Under the pieces are notes generated by a model, which saw only the letters and a list, made by a program, of their open reading frames with translations, was not told the origin of the DNA and did no database searches. 64,000 nt of DNA from Perna viridis (lineage: Eukaryota). A program made the position numbers and the translations under genes. Shown piece by piece: positions 48,939-63,260 of the stretch. How positions within the stretch are numbered: position 1 is the stretch's first letter; each line of letters starts with the position of its first letter. The DNA is taken from positions 24,552,001-24,616,000 of the forward strand of contig CM074515.1 of NCBI GenBank assembly GCA_037379345.1, given 5' to 3'.

Positions 48939-51784
48939 GATTGTTGTTATTGTTCTTTGTAGAACTCTAAAAAATCTTATTTTACTTTTTTAACTATTAA
49001 AAAACTGAATATTAAACCTGTAAAAGTTCGTGTTTTTTAAGAATTTCTGAAGAGAAATTGGAACATAATGTGTTTTACCGTTTCGTTTTCTAATTAACGA
49101 GGTCGAATCGGTATTTATATTGAGGTGATTTATTGATCTTGACAATTTATGTAATAATGAGTTACGTAATGATTTTACATGACTTGAATGATTTTACGGG
49201 TGCACTCTGATACTCAGATTAGCCATTTATAATGTTTTATGCATAATAAAATATTCCATACTTAAAGTGCCAAACATACAATTTGCATTTGGTTCTAGCA
49301 GAAAATGTTATTTTGTTTTTGTTTTTGTTTTTTTGCTTTTTGTTTGTTTTTTTAATTGCTTTTATATCTCTTGTCTCAGTTGACACATACTTAAGTAAAA
49401 CTAAAACATAAAGCCAATACCAAATGACTTACGCAATCGCTAAATCTGTTTATTCCAAAACCAATTTCTGAAATGAAGCATAGAAGATTGCGTTGAGAAG
49501 ATAACAATATGGTCTGCCTTTTATCAAAGCCTTTTTCATTGAGCTTGGTAAGTTAATCGGTACAATTTCAAGCATTCTGTAAGGGTTAAATGTTATAATA
49601 AAAAGTTAAAATAAAGGATTTAATAAATCGAAATCGTTTTCAGAATTAGACATTTTTGGCGGCTCTTAACCGAACAAAAAGTGCTTAAATGTCATCATGT
49701 AATTTTAGCGATTATTGTGTAGCTTTAGCGAACTGAATACCGAAGTAGACGCAGCATACTTAAATTCCAGATCACAGGTTTATTATTATTTTTTTTTTCA
49801 TTTTTTTTTAATTTAGATCAGAACAGTTTGCACAAAAGTAATCATCAGGCTTCCAGATCGAAAGTGTACATTAATTTCCTTTTATTTCCGACCAAGTAAC
49901 TTTGTCATGGAGAATTTACGGAGAACACTTTTATTAGTGTCTGATGCATTTGAATGTGATTTGAAAAGCCCTATCTACATGCTTGACGATAATTATTTTA
50001 AAGCTGTTAATTACTTGTAGCTCAAACAGCTTTAAAAATTTGTCTTCTGTTAACAAAAAGTACCTGGTCGAATAAAGCATGTACGTACTTCACCCAAATT
50101 AAAATTAGACCTATCAATTGGACCATTCAGTCACCGCATGTACGATCTAACAACACGTCATTCTACTTTCTGTTTGCATTACCTTTTAGGAAGACTTGGT
50201 TTTTTTTCTCTCTTTGAATAATGCTTTTAAAATCTTGACAGACGAACTTTGATTTGCTGATCATAAATGTTATTAGAACAGAAAGTAGAATGGAGTGTTG
50301 TTCGATCCTTCATGCAAAGACATTTGATAGGTCATTAAATACCATTAAAATGAATTGTCGTAGGACTAAGTACATTGTTACCACACTTAAAGAAAAATTT
50401 CAATGGCAATGATATTCTGCTGAATCCTGATAAATAATAAAAGCTGTCATGAGTAAGCTAATGTCTTTGCTGAATTCATGCACTCTGATTGTCATGCCGA
50501 GTACAATCTAAGATAAAGAGTTGTACAAATAGACAAACACAATCTAACTAGAGTTATGCCATGTCAGACAAAGATTTGGATTTGCTATGTATGTAAAATG
50601 TATTTTAATCCTAACAAGAAGGTCGCATAACGTAGGATAACATTCGGCACAGCTGAAAAAGAACATACATGTAGACAAGAAAATGAGATGGAAACATCAG
50701 AGAAGATACAAGAAAGATTTGTTTTCGCGACCTGTCCATCATTGGTCCTACAATAGACCGTCATGTAGCCTCATGTGATTCCAATATGCACAACTAGCAC
50801 AAAAAAGACTATGCAGAATCTATTACAACTGTATCCCTAATTAAATCATATAACTTACATTTGTATTACTTCATATATATGATCACTAGATATATGTAAT
50901 AAGTATCCCAGAGTCATACTTTCTTTCACCTTTATCTTTTAATGATATAGATAACTTAACCATTATTAGGACATTTTCAAAGTCGTAATTGTTGTCCTTA
51001 GTCATGTTTTATTGCCTTAACCCAAGTTGTATTAAATTAGGGCAATTAGATAAAGACATGTTATTCAACATAACTTACATGGAAATGCAGCTATTAAAAT
51101 TGCTGTTAACTAAAGTGTTGATGTCAGTATCACAACTACACTTATAACCTTTGTAGTTACAACAATAGAAATTGATCCTGTTTAATGACAGGATGATAAA
51201 ATAAACGCTATTAAAGTAATTAAGCGAGGTTTGAAGTATTATACATGATGTTTTTCTCGATGATAGTTTTATAGTTGTATTAAGAGTTTGAGCGTAATTT
51301 ATTCTTCTTTAACTGATAAGAAATATACTTGTATCTGTTTCACTTTGGAAATGTATGATAGGCATACTTAAAACCATTTCATTTACTCATTTTGGTATTT
51401 TTACTTCTAAATTGTGTTTACGTCAAAAATAGAAGGAATGGATATGATGTGTTTCCTTGTTCTTATTCATTCATACTGCATTTTTATTTTTATTCTTTTT
51501 GTAAATTGTTTTTAAAAAAACACCCTTTCCTATGAACTTTTCAACTACTCCTTACCAATTACCTTCATGACAACATACACAAATTATCAAAATTGCATAA
51601 AACATTATATACTTCTGTCATTAAAATGCATACTCATATTAAGAAAAAAAAACAAGAAGGAATTTAAAATGTATATAAAAAAAGTAAAAGTGTTCTTGCC
51701 GAAATGATTTAAGAAAGCATTATTAAAACAGCGCGATACAACTTCCAAATTGGTGATGGTTGTATGTCACTGAGTTTGAAAAGA

Positions 51785-52204
51785 TTGATTGATTGATTGT
51801 TGGGGTTAAACGTCCGAGCAGCAATATTTCAGCTATATTCAGACGATGAAAATGAAAGTGGTGATAAAATGAACATGAAATGATGAAATGAAAAATGGAT
51901 GGGACACAAGAATTGTAGGGTCGACAAATTTTGATTGCCACTGGAAAAAGGAAAGGATGGATAAGGTCGGACAATTTAGCCTCCTGTGGCGGAGCGCAAA
52001 GGTTCCTACTCCTATCGAATACCACAGCAGGGTTCTTTAACGTGCGAGGAACGTGGAATCTTTCCCAACACGGTGCACCACTATGGTTTGAGGTCAGATT
52101 TTCCGTATTACAGCCAGACAACCCCAGCATATAACATGCCAGGGGTACCCCATTCCACCACTTGGACACACATCCCAGTTGCTCTATGGGCAGAGCGCCT
52201 AGCA
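51785..52204 (-). mobile_element. Family B SINE-like retroelement, 5'-truncated, (AATC)n tail
   Basis: 12-bp TSD AGTTTGAAAAGA at 51773-51784 and 52205-52216. Lacks the first ~100 nt of the element. Confidence 0.92.
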
Positions 52205-52678
52205 AGTTTGAAAAGAAACAAAATGTAAGCAGACTTAATAAAAAAGACCGGTTTGACCTAATAATGTATCTTGCCGTCCAACAGCTCTACGGTTTTGTTT
52301 CATACACTAGCAAACCTGTTTCTTCAGTTCAACAACGAAATAGTGCCAAATGCAAACAAAAACGGATTTTGTTTATAATGTAATATTTGACTGCTTCACG
52401 TAAATTTCATTTGGTGCATCGTAAAGTCTAACAGAATATTCATAAGAAAATCTGTAATTAAGTTTCATTCTCATAAGGCTAAATAAATTTACCTAGTTCA
52501 AAAATTATGTTTGTTGTTATGCCATGTTTATAGCAGTTACCCTGAAGATCGCAATATGTCAGTCCCTAATTATGTTAACGTTTAAAGTCATATAATGCTA
52601 TTATGAGATAAGTTAATTACAGAAAAGGAGCTTTCCCCAATAATGACTTGTATTCTACAAAATTCTTCAAAATTTATG

Positions 52679-53176
52679 TTTGTTTGTTTGTTTGTTGAGG
52701 TTCATCGCTCGAGCAGCAGTATTTCAGCTATATTCAGGCGAGGAACATGAAGTGAATGATAAAATGAACATGAAATGATGATGAAATGAAAAATGGGATG
52801 GAACACAAGGGTAATGGGGTAGACAAATTTTGATTGCCACTGGAAATAGGGGGAGGTGGGTAGGGTCGAGCCCTATGGTTCCTAATCCGGGAGAATACCA
52901 CAGTAGGGTTATTTAAAGTGCGAGAAACGTGGCATCTTTCCCAACACGGTGCACCACTATGGTTTGCAGTCAGGTTTTCTGTATTATAGCCTGACAACCC
53001 CAGCATGTAACACGCCAGGAGTACCCCATTCCACCACCTGGGGCACACAACCCAGTTGCTCTGTAGACAGAGCGCCCTAGCCCCCAGGTAAGGTTATGAA
53101 CACTATTTAGTCGCCTTTTATGACAAGCTTACCGCTGCTGCAGGCCTATTGTTTTGACACCCGGACCTGCACGGGG
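52679..53176 (-). mobile_element. Family B SINE-like retroelement, near full length with small internal deletion, (AAAC)n tail
   Basis: 13-bp TSD TTCAAAATTTATG at 52666-52678 and 53177-53189. Confidence 0.92.
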
Positions 53177-53270
53177 TTCAAAATTTATGAATGTGTTTTC
53201 TAGTTAATGTAAAAGTGTGCACACATTAATGTACAGTTGCATTTTATCATGTCCGTAAAAAGACCAGGTC

Positions 53271-53392
53271 TCGATTTCACAAAAAGTCGTAAGTGTAAAG
53301 TTGATCGTAAGTAATGACGTCATAAACTAATATAGCATTCTGACGTCATGATTTACGATCAATTTCACACTTTTGACTTTTTGTGAAACCGA
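53271..53392. mobile_element. Palindromic MITE-like element (52-bp imperfect arms, 18-bp spacer)
   Basis: tcgatttcacaaaaagtcgtaagtgtaaagttgatcgtaagtaatgacgtca (53271-53322) vs reverse complement of 53341-53392 (tcggtttcacaaaaagtcaaaagtgtgaaattgatcgtaaatcatgacgtca). Confidence 0.8.
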
Positions 53393-54073
53393 CGGCGGCA
53401 TATTAAAACTCCTACTTTCTTTAGTCTATATTTTACGAAACGTTTTAATTTTCTTAATCTGTGATTTATACCGGTAATTATGTACCAAGATGTAAATTAT
53501 AAATTTGATTTGATGCAGTGAATTATTTGTGTACTGTAATCTTGAATGACAGAAAGACATTCATTCCAAGATATGACGTCAACCAAACGCTGTTTGGTGT
53601 CTTGCACTAAATAAGATATATTGCGTACAGTAATGTGAGGTATGAAACTAAGTATTTTGTCAACACGCAAAATATTTTTTTACATTCGAAACTTGTCAAT
53701 TATAAAACGGCAACAAACGGCACCAGGATATTTATGAAAACATTTAATCATAAAAAGATTGGGCATTGGGTTCTGTTTAGATTGATATTTTATTTATTTT
53801 CAAAACTATACATCTGGTTTATTTTCATATAGTGAACATATCAAAATTAAAAAAAATAAAACTCAGACGCATTCAACAGATGTATTGTCATATTTGAAAT
53901 ATTTCGAACTGCGCTTTGCACAAAATATCCCTTTGACAAAACTACCATTGAACTAATTAATTATATTACGCTTCTATGTCACCAAGTATTTATTTTTTGT
54001 TTTTGTTTTCCAAAAGTCATATGATATTCTCTACATCCAATCGAGATAAGTATTTCATTTTATTCCTTATGTC

Positions 54074-54231
54074 CGAGTCCGAGTTGCTCATTTGCTTTCG
54101 AATAATTCATGTATAATTGTGGTTATTTTATGTTCTTTGTTATATGTGTTCGTTTTCCATGTGTGGTCTTTGTCACGAGAATACATTCTTTTGATTTCTG
54201 CTAGAATCTTGGTTCCCTTGATTATTCTTTC
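54074..54231 (+). mobile_element. Family C short 3'-end copy
   Basis: gagtccgagttgctcattt...gctagaatcttggttcccttgattatt. Confidence 0.85.
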
Positions 54232-57200
54232 TATGATAGACACTCAAAAAAACATATGATTTACGCGCACACTTCTTTAATCCAGAAAATAATGACAAAA
54301 ATCAGCAAGAAATATGTGGAATAATACAGTTTAAATCAAATATAATAAAAAAAAACACAAATATTTTAGACCGCTGTGAATGAGGTGGCTACTTATGTTT
54401 TTGTTTTTTGTATTGTTTTGTTACTTTCTTCTTTTTTTTTTTTGGGAGGGAAGGACAGAAAAAAATGATATTGTGAAAAATGTGTAAAATTGATTAATTT
54501 TAATTTTCATTATGTTTCATTGTGTCACTGGTCCTTAATAAAAAAAAAGAGAAATCTTAGTCAAATCTTATTGCAATTATCATTTTATATAAAAAGAGGT
54601 TAGTTGAAAACTCTACGCATTAATATTTGAAATTATGAGTAAACAGTAGCTCCACTATTCATATTTTTAAGAAGATTTTTAAATTTACAACTATGAATAA
54701 TGGATTAGATTGTGTTTTACGTTTAATTTTTGAGATTAATACTGTTTTATATTTCAATATAATTCTAATTTTATTTATTACTGTCGACATCTAAATTTTT
54801 AATACATGAACAGAGTATAGTACGTTTAACCGTGTATGTAATGTTCAAGGATTAACTCATGAATAAATAGCTTATCCTTTTACTATGTGACCCTTTGGAT
54901 TGTATATGGGTTTCGGGGTTACAAAAATACAATACTTTATACTTTTGAGATAAATTTCGTTTATCGGCGTTGAAATTAACTAGTCATCAGATTCAGGATC
55001 AACATGACATCTTCGTAAACGGTTTGCTCCATCAGTACATTTCGCGTTAATGATCATTTTATCAATCCTCTTACGGAAGGCATTGATCACAAATCTATTA
55101 CAAGGTAAACTCCATAAAAGAGGATCACAATAAAATGACATCATAAATGTTACGAAAGACAGCTTACAACATGGTTTTGTGGATTAACATTTTGTGACAT
55201 TTCAAAATACTTTGTGTGAAAGTATCTGAAACTGCTACTCATTCAAAACATATGTAATTATGCAAGTATATGATTTTTAGATTTAACTCATCAAATTTTA
55301 AGTAAATTTCCAACATTCCAACTTATACAATACCTAATGCCTATGTCCATTTGTCAGGAACATACCTCTACTTCCATCGCTCCTTTGTACGTTGCATCAT
55401 TAGTATAAAGCAAGACTCTTAAAGTCTGAATGCGTTTAAGTATGTTTATTCGTTATTTGGTGTGTTTGTTTCAGTTGTTGACTATTGTTGTTGTTGGCAA
55501 ATAAACAAAGGACAATGATTTCAATCTTTAATTTAACTTATTTGTATCATACTTTGGACCTGTAAAGTGCTTCCTGTAGATTAAACCTGTCTGTCAATTC
55601 ATAATCCTATTACTTGATGTAATATAATTTGTCAGTTATTTTAAAATGTAAACGTTTTATTTTCATAAAACATTAGTTTTAGAATTTTATATAGCCTAAT
55701 CGCTGAATATTTATTTTAAAAATTATGACAAGTCATTTTGCAGTTTAATGAACCAGGATGCTGTTCAGTTAACTTAAAAAATGAACTCATGTCACAGTAT
55801 GACGTTTTTATCAACGTACAAATATAACCTGTCAGTGATGGCATCATGTAGAGAAATTCTATATGAAAATCATTCCCTGCGTTGACGCCGGAGGTTTTCT
55901 GACCATAAAAATGGGTTTTACCCAACATTGCACTTTAAAATGCTTGAACCAAGTCAGGAACACAGTTGCTACTTAAATTTATACGGTTTATTCCTGACAG
56001 GCAGTCCATGTATTTATTTAAAATGTCCCTCCGGTTTGTGATTATCAGTTCTGTAGTTTGAATATTACATTTATTTAATATAGTAATGCAGTATTATTTA
56101 ATGTAATGAACGTTTGTTGTATATCTAACCACAAAAACGGCTAATTTCCCTAAAACTGATTGCGGAATTTATCAATGACAAATTATAGCGCAGACCATAA
56201 GAGTTTTGTTTATATATATAGTAACCGTCAGAATGATAAGCTCTTTATAATTCTATGCGTTTGACAAAGAGCAAACTACAAATACTTTTGTCTGCACTCA
56301 TAATACAATTGCAATCTTTCATACATAATTCTTTCTCGAACTGAGTTTAGGATGATACATAGGGACGTCAGTTGATATCATCTTTCACCTCCGCGTCAAA
56401 ATAATAACAATAAATTGGCGATATTTGGTAATAAAACTGGCAAGATCTTTTATCAGGTACTACTTGACGTTTCTCATATGATTAATGTCTCGTACAATGT
56501 AATCAAAAAATCTTTTCATTGTAGAAGTTAGCAAAAATCAATGTGATGTTCTTTGCTTTGCACAAATTGCTTAGGATGGTATTCGCGATAACTAGAACTA
56601 GCATTTTAAATTATACTTATGTACAATATGACTGAAGCAAAAATGCTCTCAATATTTTAAATATTTAATACAAACACTACATTAAACACGAAAAGCAATG
56701 TGATTATTTCTAAATATTGCAAATAGGATTTTTTTACGTCGTCTTTGATGTATTTATTTATTTACTTTTTTTTGCTGTTTCTGCGAACATTTTATTATCG
56801 CGCAGCTTTAAACTCATGTTTTTTTCAACAAATTGTATAAGAAGGTATTCACGATAGTTGCTTTTTTGCGTTGCAGGTGTGACCACGAAAATGGCGAAAA
56901 TAAAGAAAACTGCCGCGAAAAATGTCAGGGTATATAGTATACTGTAAACATTCTAATAAGCATTGATCCGGCATTACGGTTATGGTTGTAAATTGACATT
57001 GTAAGAAGGATAACGGTGACATAAGACACCAATGTATGTAAATAACCACAGGTATATTAATGCCGCACTGGGAGAGGTGGTTAAGCGCATTGTAAAACCT
57101 AGATTTGACCCACCATTTCGTTTTAAAATGTAACAAGTCAGGACCATTACGGTACCAGTTGCCCCGGTGGTGTAATATCTATTTTCCAGTTTTGTTTTGA

Positions 57201-58714
57201 ACTTGGCACGATTATGGATTAGATTAGTGTTCGGTATTTTTTTACCCTTATTGAAAACGTGACGGGAATGAACCAAAATGAGAACGGCTTCATTACACTA
57301 AAATAGCTCTAGGCATTGCGAACTTTAAATTGTACTATATTTGTCAGTTTTGATATGTGTTCCAATGCTCGTTCACGTAGTATTTCAATGATAGTTACTC
57401 CAAGACATAACTCGGTTGTCTTAATACAAATCATAAATCTGCTCATGCTACTGATCCCTATGCACCTATCGCTCAGAGTTAAAATTATGGTATAACACCC
57501 ACAAATACGGAGTTCCGATAAAAATTCAGTTATTGTATGGAGTAATAGCCCCATAATTAGTTAATGTATCTTTGTATATAAATAGTTCAAGTAGGAAAAC
57601 TAATCAAAAAAGGCTAATGTTACAGATGAGACCAGTTCTTAAAAACGACAAGAACAGTCAAATTGAAGTCCTGAAAAGAAATGATGAAGTTAACCATATT
57701 ATGCTTGTACATTGTATGTAATCTAATTAATCTGATTTTGTATCTTATTCGTGCCCGTAGATAGTACACCAATAGAATTGAGTTATACAGGAAATACGGT
57801 TAAATACATAATTTACTAGTTGTTCATAAAAAATTAACGCTACAATATCCGAATGAATTTCAGAGAAATAAGAATAAACTTTTTTTTTTAATTCGTACAA
57901 TTCAAAGTTGTATTAATATGTGTCGATGTGTGTCTATATCTTTTTACTCTTTGCTTTTACTTTTAAATGTATTATTTAGTGGTCTTAATATGATATAATA
58001 TTTAATATATTTTTGTTCCTTTTACTACACAATAATATGACACTAACATTAACTACGTTCTTAAAAGAAATGTCAGTAACTAAAAGGACAAATTATACAG
58101 AAGTAACTGTTGTATCAGCTTTTTTTTCGTATAAATGCCTTATTAAGTAAATCCAACGTTGCAGAAGTCTATGAAACGTCGCTCTTTCTTGGGAACTGCC
58201 AGACAAGCAAGCATTGGTATTGGTAAGCAAAGAATTGGATTAAATAAAACAATTTATATTAGTAAAAGTATTGGCATCTTGTCAATTCTGAAGGATTACT
58301 TGCAGATGAATAACCAATTACTACGACGTCAGGCAAATTGCAGTCTGTCCTTTATTTGGGTTATCGTATATTTTAAATTGATGGAACAACTACAAACAAA
58401 ATCATAGACCAAACTACCAACAGATATTGATAAAGAGTAAATAACGTTTGTTTTGTAACTATTTATAATAAAAAATAAATAAAATACAAATGACATTGAG
58501 AGGCGATGAGAAAAATCTAGTAATAACTACAATGGAAAGAACAACAGAGACACGTTGTACTTCTTCTTTACAACTTATCTGTATTCAACAATTATTATAT
58601 ATGTAGTGCCATTCCAAGGTATTGACATTATGTTTTTTACTCATTAACTTAGCGATTTATGCAGACACAGCTAAATTACATACACATACATACACAACTG
58701 TTGGTGTAACTACC

Positions 58715-58915
58715 GCGAGTCGGATGTTTCTAGAAAAGCAGATGGCACTTACCTCAACGGTGCATCTAGTCCATGCTCCAAGTTCTTGTGGATTTTCGTG
58801 TTTATTTTTTCAGTAATTTAATTTCATGTTTTTGTTCTTTTCTTTGGTGAAATCTTATCCATGAACTATGTTCTTTGTGATAAGTGTTCAAATTATTTTG
58901 GATCCTTTGATTTTC
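58715..58915 (+). mobile_element. Family C diverged 3'-end copy
   Basis: cggatgtttctagaaaagcagatggcacttacctcaacggtgcatctagtccatgctcc. Confidence 0.7.
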
Positions 58916-61030
58916 CCTATAAAAGGAAAAAATAACAGCTTCAATTAAATTTATTTTATGGTTACAGTCGACATGTGTATACCCTAATTGCGATGGAATA
59001 TCTGTTTCTTAAATATATTTCTTTGTTGGCCGTCCAAATCTACGGACTGAATTTATATTGTTTCATCAGCAGCCTTTGTTTTCCTGCTTTGTATGTGTTA
59101 AATTGTATGGGGCAGAAGCGCACGCCGTATTGATCCTTCGTCGAAGTACGTATTTTTATCGGTGATTGTGTCATATAAAGAAAGCCGCTAATCAGCTTTC
59201 ATCATATAGATCTATCTCATATCCGCAAGACCAGAACTAGATTCTGTGATCGCTGATACCATGTTCGAACTATTACAATAAATCTTAATATGTCTGTACT
59301 CGAAACTGCTGAGAGTTCAAAATCAACCTTTGATTCCACTCTTCGAACCCAACTTTTGCAGTGCTATATAAAACTATTTAATTTGGATGGTTATTAGCTC
59401 CATGTATTTATATTATGTGTGGAATTTCTTATATCATATGTTAAATAATTAAACATTGATTTGTTTCCCTTACTTACAGAGTTATTTCAACCTCGATCCG
59501 AGAACTACCATTTTTGATTATTACTTGGTGAAAACCTTCACAATAATAAAAAGAATCATTTGATTTGAATTGTTTAACGATCGTGACATTAACATTATTG
59601 ACCGATTAGAAATATATTAAAATATGACCGACGACACTCATTTGTTATAGTTAGTGTTCTGTTTCACCGACGTTGAGCTTAAGTAGCACTCCAGCTAAGG
59701 ATCATACAAAATGTGATTCATATTTTCGTTTTTGATATTTTGTTTGAAATGTCATAGTAAGCAGAAATTAACAGGTGTTTTTTTATATAACCTGTGCCCT
59801 TAGGATATAAAAATCATATGTAATGCACTGTAAATTTCAGAATTAAGGGAGATAACTCTGTAAATGACGCTGAAATACAATAGAGTCTACTGGATTTTCA
59901 ATGTTGATTATCTCCTAAGAGCAGGCAGATTTGTATGAATAACTACACATGTCATAGTAAAGACCCATAAAACAACTTTATTATAAAAATAAAAATATGT
60001 AGCCTTTTTTGGGGTATCATATTTTTTCAGATTTTGCATGATTCTTACAAAGACAGCTACTTAAATAATTTTTTGCAAGAGGTGGGAACTGCTCACCCAT
60101 TATGAAAATTTAGTTTTTATTTGGGTTCATAGGTTTCTTGCTGAGTGTATTTGTTTGGTTTTGCTTTTGTATTGTACCATTTGATCTTTATTTGTTGTCT
60201 ATTTGTGTTCATAGAATTAAATCAAGCTTTGCTGCATCTTTTCATACTCCCTGTGATAAAAGCAGATACACACAATTGACATTGATACAGGTAGATTAAG
60301 CCAAATTAAAGAAACTGAATTAGCATAGATAGATAAAATATATGCATTTAGAATCTGCGTCCATCATCAGATATTTAAAAAAAAAAGGAAAAATTTTCAG
60401 CTTTGCAATCTATTTGCTTTAGATATACCATAGTGCATGATCATGTATAATAAAACTGTTAAGATGGATCCTTCATCATCATTTTTTAAATCATTTAATT
60501 AAAACTACATATACTATGTGAGCTCTATTCAAATCACTTTGTATTATATCAATCAGTATTGTTAAATGCATCTACGGGAGCATCACAAATGTTTTGTCTA
60601 AAAATGCTATCTTAATTTCTTCCCACATAGCAACTACGGAAATGTTATTATAAAGTTTTGGTGTTGCTATTATCTCAAAATTTTAAGGTGTAATTTCATT
60701 CCGCTCTTTAGTAATGTACCGATACGAGGATACTGTGGAGAAGAAAAAAAAGCAATGTTTAACGGTTTTGAATATAAGATATTTTTATTGTGTTAGAAGC
60801 ATGATAATTTTTTTTAAAACTACTCCAAACTAGTAGGATTTTTCATTGAATTATCAAATCAATAAAAATTCCCATACCACTAAGAACAAAGGGCAATTGT
60901 TTGTTAAATTTTGCCTAATACATATCAGTATTTATATAATTGTACACATCACACGTAATACTGTTGAATTTATTTTTCAGAAACCAAAGAAAACAAACAA
61001 CATTAAAATCAGTCAAAACATAAAAAACAC

Positions 61031-61034
<4 letters not shown>

Positions 61035-61078
<44 letters not shown>
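61035..61078. repeat. (TG)22 microsatellite
   Basis: Direct reading. Confidence 0.97.
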
Positions 61079-61079
<1 letters not shown>

Positions 61080-63094
61080 TTTCACCAGAAATCGTGAAAA
61101 TGCATGCCAAACATACAACAATGAGTTGGTCACAACGACTGTTTATTGATCACTTAGTCAGAATCACATGCTATATTGTATTAAAAAAAATAAAGATACA
61201 TACATAACGGTGTTGAAATTTCATTACAGCAGCATCTGTCTAAATATTAACGCACAATCAATATTTAATCAATTTAAGCTAGCTTACAAATGGCTCATCA
61301 ACTTGTAAACATACCAAAACAAACAAAAAAAAAGATCCGGGAATTTTAATAGCGATTTAAAAAATTGCATATTTGGTCGAGTAATAAACTATTTAACAGG
61401 ATACATTGCAATTCTAAGTAAGAATTTGTTTAGAAATGTTTGACTAGAATGAGAAAACCATTTATGATATACCTGTTTTGCGAAACAATATGACAGCTCA
61501 CAAGAACTTTTAGCCATACATCTTTTCTTTAAATAATAAAAAAACTTGTGCTATCTCCAATACAACACATACATTTAGAACGAACAATCACCCTTTCATA
61601 CAAGTGAAATTAGCTTATCACACGTAAGCGTCGTGTTAACGAAACAATAAATCATAAGTCATAATAAATTTGAAAAAAAGGTTCTTTCATTAAAACTAGT
61701 CTAACCCCACCGCAGCTTTTGTGTGCTTGTCCATAAACATGCGATTTTGGTCATCATTGTGTGTTTGTGTCGTTATATTAATTTTAGTTCGATTTACAGG
61801 CATTGTCATCCGTGGATTTTATTACATTTGTTGCCATGGCCGTTCAAAGCTTACGTATAGGTGTGTGTAATCTAATATAGAAAAATAATCTCTGATTATA
61901 CAAAAAGCATGTTTTTAAACGTTTACATAATAAACACTTTTTTTCCGATATATCTAAAATGTATTTCCTCATTCATATATCAGGTAACAAGCACCAACGG
62001 CCATTGATTGTAGACACATGTAATTATTTTTTTCTTTTCGATCTACCCGTGAGTGTTGTAGAAATGCGTATTGTCGTCAGTAGAAAATCAAGAAATAGAA
62101 AATTATGGAATTTCAGACATTTGTGGACTTGCAGGTTATTATGTATAAATCGTATTTCTGTACTTGTTATGACATTTTACTTTCCATTTTTTAAACGTTT
62201 GACTTGCCGAATTAAAAATAACATGAAGCAGAAAAAAAATCAAAGATTGATCTATGAAAAATGCAAATAAAGGAACGTTCAATAAGTTAATATCCTATGT
62301 CAACCTAACAGCTATCCTATAAGAAATTCGCACTTTGGTCTAAAATATAAAATTTAAATCTTACTAATTGAGGTCTCGCTATGCTTGCTTAGTACTACAG
62401 TTTTGAAATTCAATCATCACATACTAATTTACAAAAGACAATATCAATTTTGTGTACAGTTATAAATGGACTACTTTTATGCACACAATTGACCCCGGAA
62501 TCAATACAAAAAAATACAGGAAGTGTATGTAATGAACACACATGCTTGGCTTCCAAGAATGTTAAAGTGTGAATACATATGTATTGTTGTAAATCGTACA
62601 ATGTTGTACCGTGACCATCTCGGATTGACTTCGTTAAACTTACTATTGGTTTGTTTTTTGGTTTCAGCTATAACATTAACCATGTTTTAAAATGATAGAA
62701 TAAATCTGATTTTAAAAATGTATTGTTAGGGTAATCGGTAATAGTCTCAAATCGGTTGTTCATATTTCTAAATATTTTGTAATCGCAGAAAATAAATAGT
62801 AATATGATATGCGGTAGTTGTAACACGAAAGAGGACTAAGTTACTAGATAAAGATGTCTTATGAGGTCGTCCGAATTGTCCGAGGTCCGAGTTGTTACAT
62901 ATATCGAACTTCCGTAGCTACTCGACCATTTTCGATACACAGGTGCCTTTGCACACCAGATAACTTAACAACCGATCAGACCATCAATGGTTCTTTTAAG
63001 TCATTCGTTAAATTTATACAAATTAAAAAATCGTTATACTTTGACTGCTTCCTTATAACCGTTTGAATGATAGTAATATATATATAATACATAT

Positions 63095-63260
63095 GGGGCT
63101 GGTTTTATATGAAAAAAAAGAATCTTATCTCCAGACTTTCCTCAAATCCTTCCTCAACTCAAATTTTAACCAATCAGATCGCTTGGAATTGCACATTTGA
63201 AGAAAACTCAAGGATGTGAGGAAAATCTCAATTTGAGATTAAAAAAAAACTGGACCCTGG
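63095..63260. mobile_element. Degenerate palindromic MITE-like element
   Basis: agactttcctcaaatcctt (63133-63151) is the reverse complement of 63210-63228 at 17/19 positions. Weaker outer arms ggggctggtttt / aaaactggaccc. Confidence 0.55.

Noticed and set aside
51723-52228. Recurring ORFs (LACYMLGLSGYNTENLTANHSGAPCWER...) as a protein family, also at 31965, 37665 and 52734
   Set aside because: These are translations of family B repeat copies. Starts, stops and frames differ between copies, and there is no recognisable domain.
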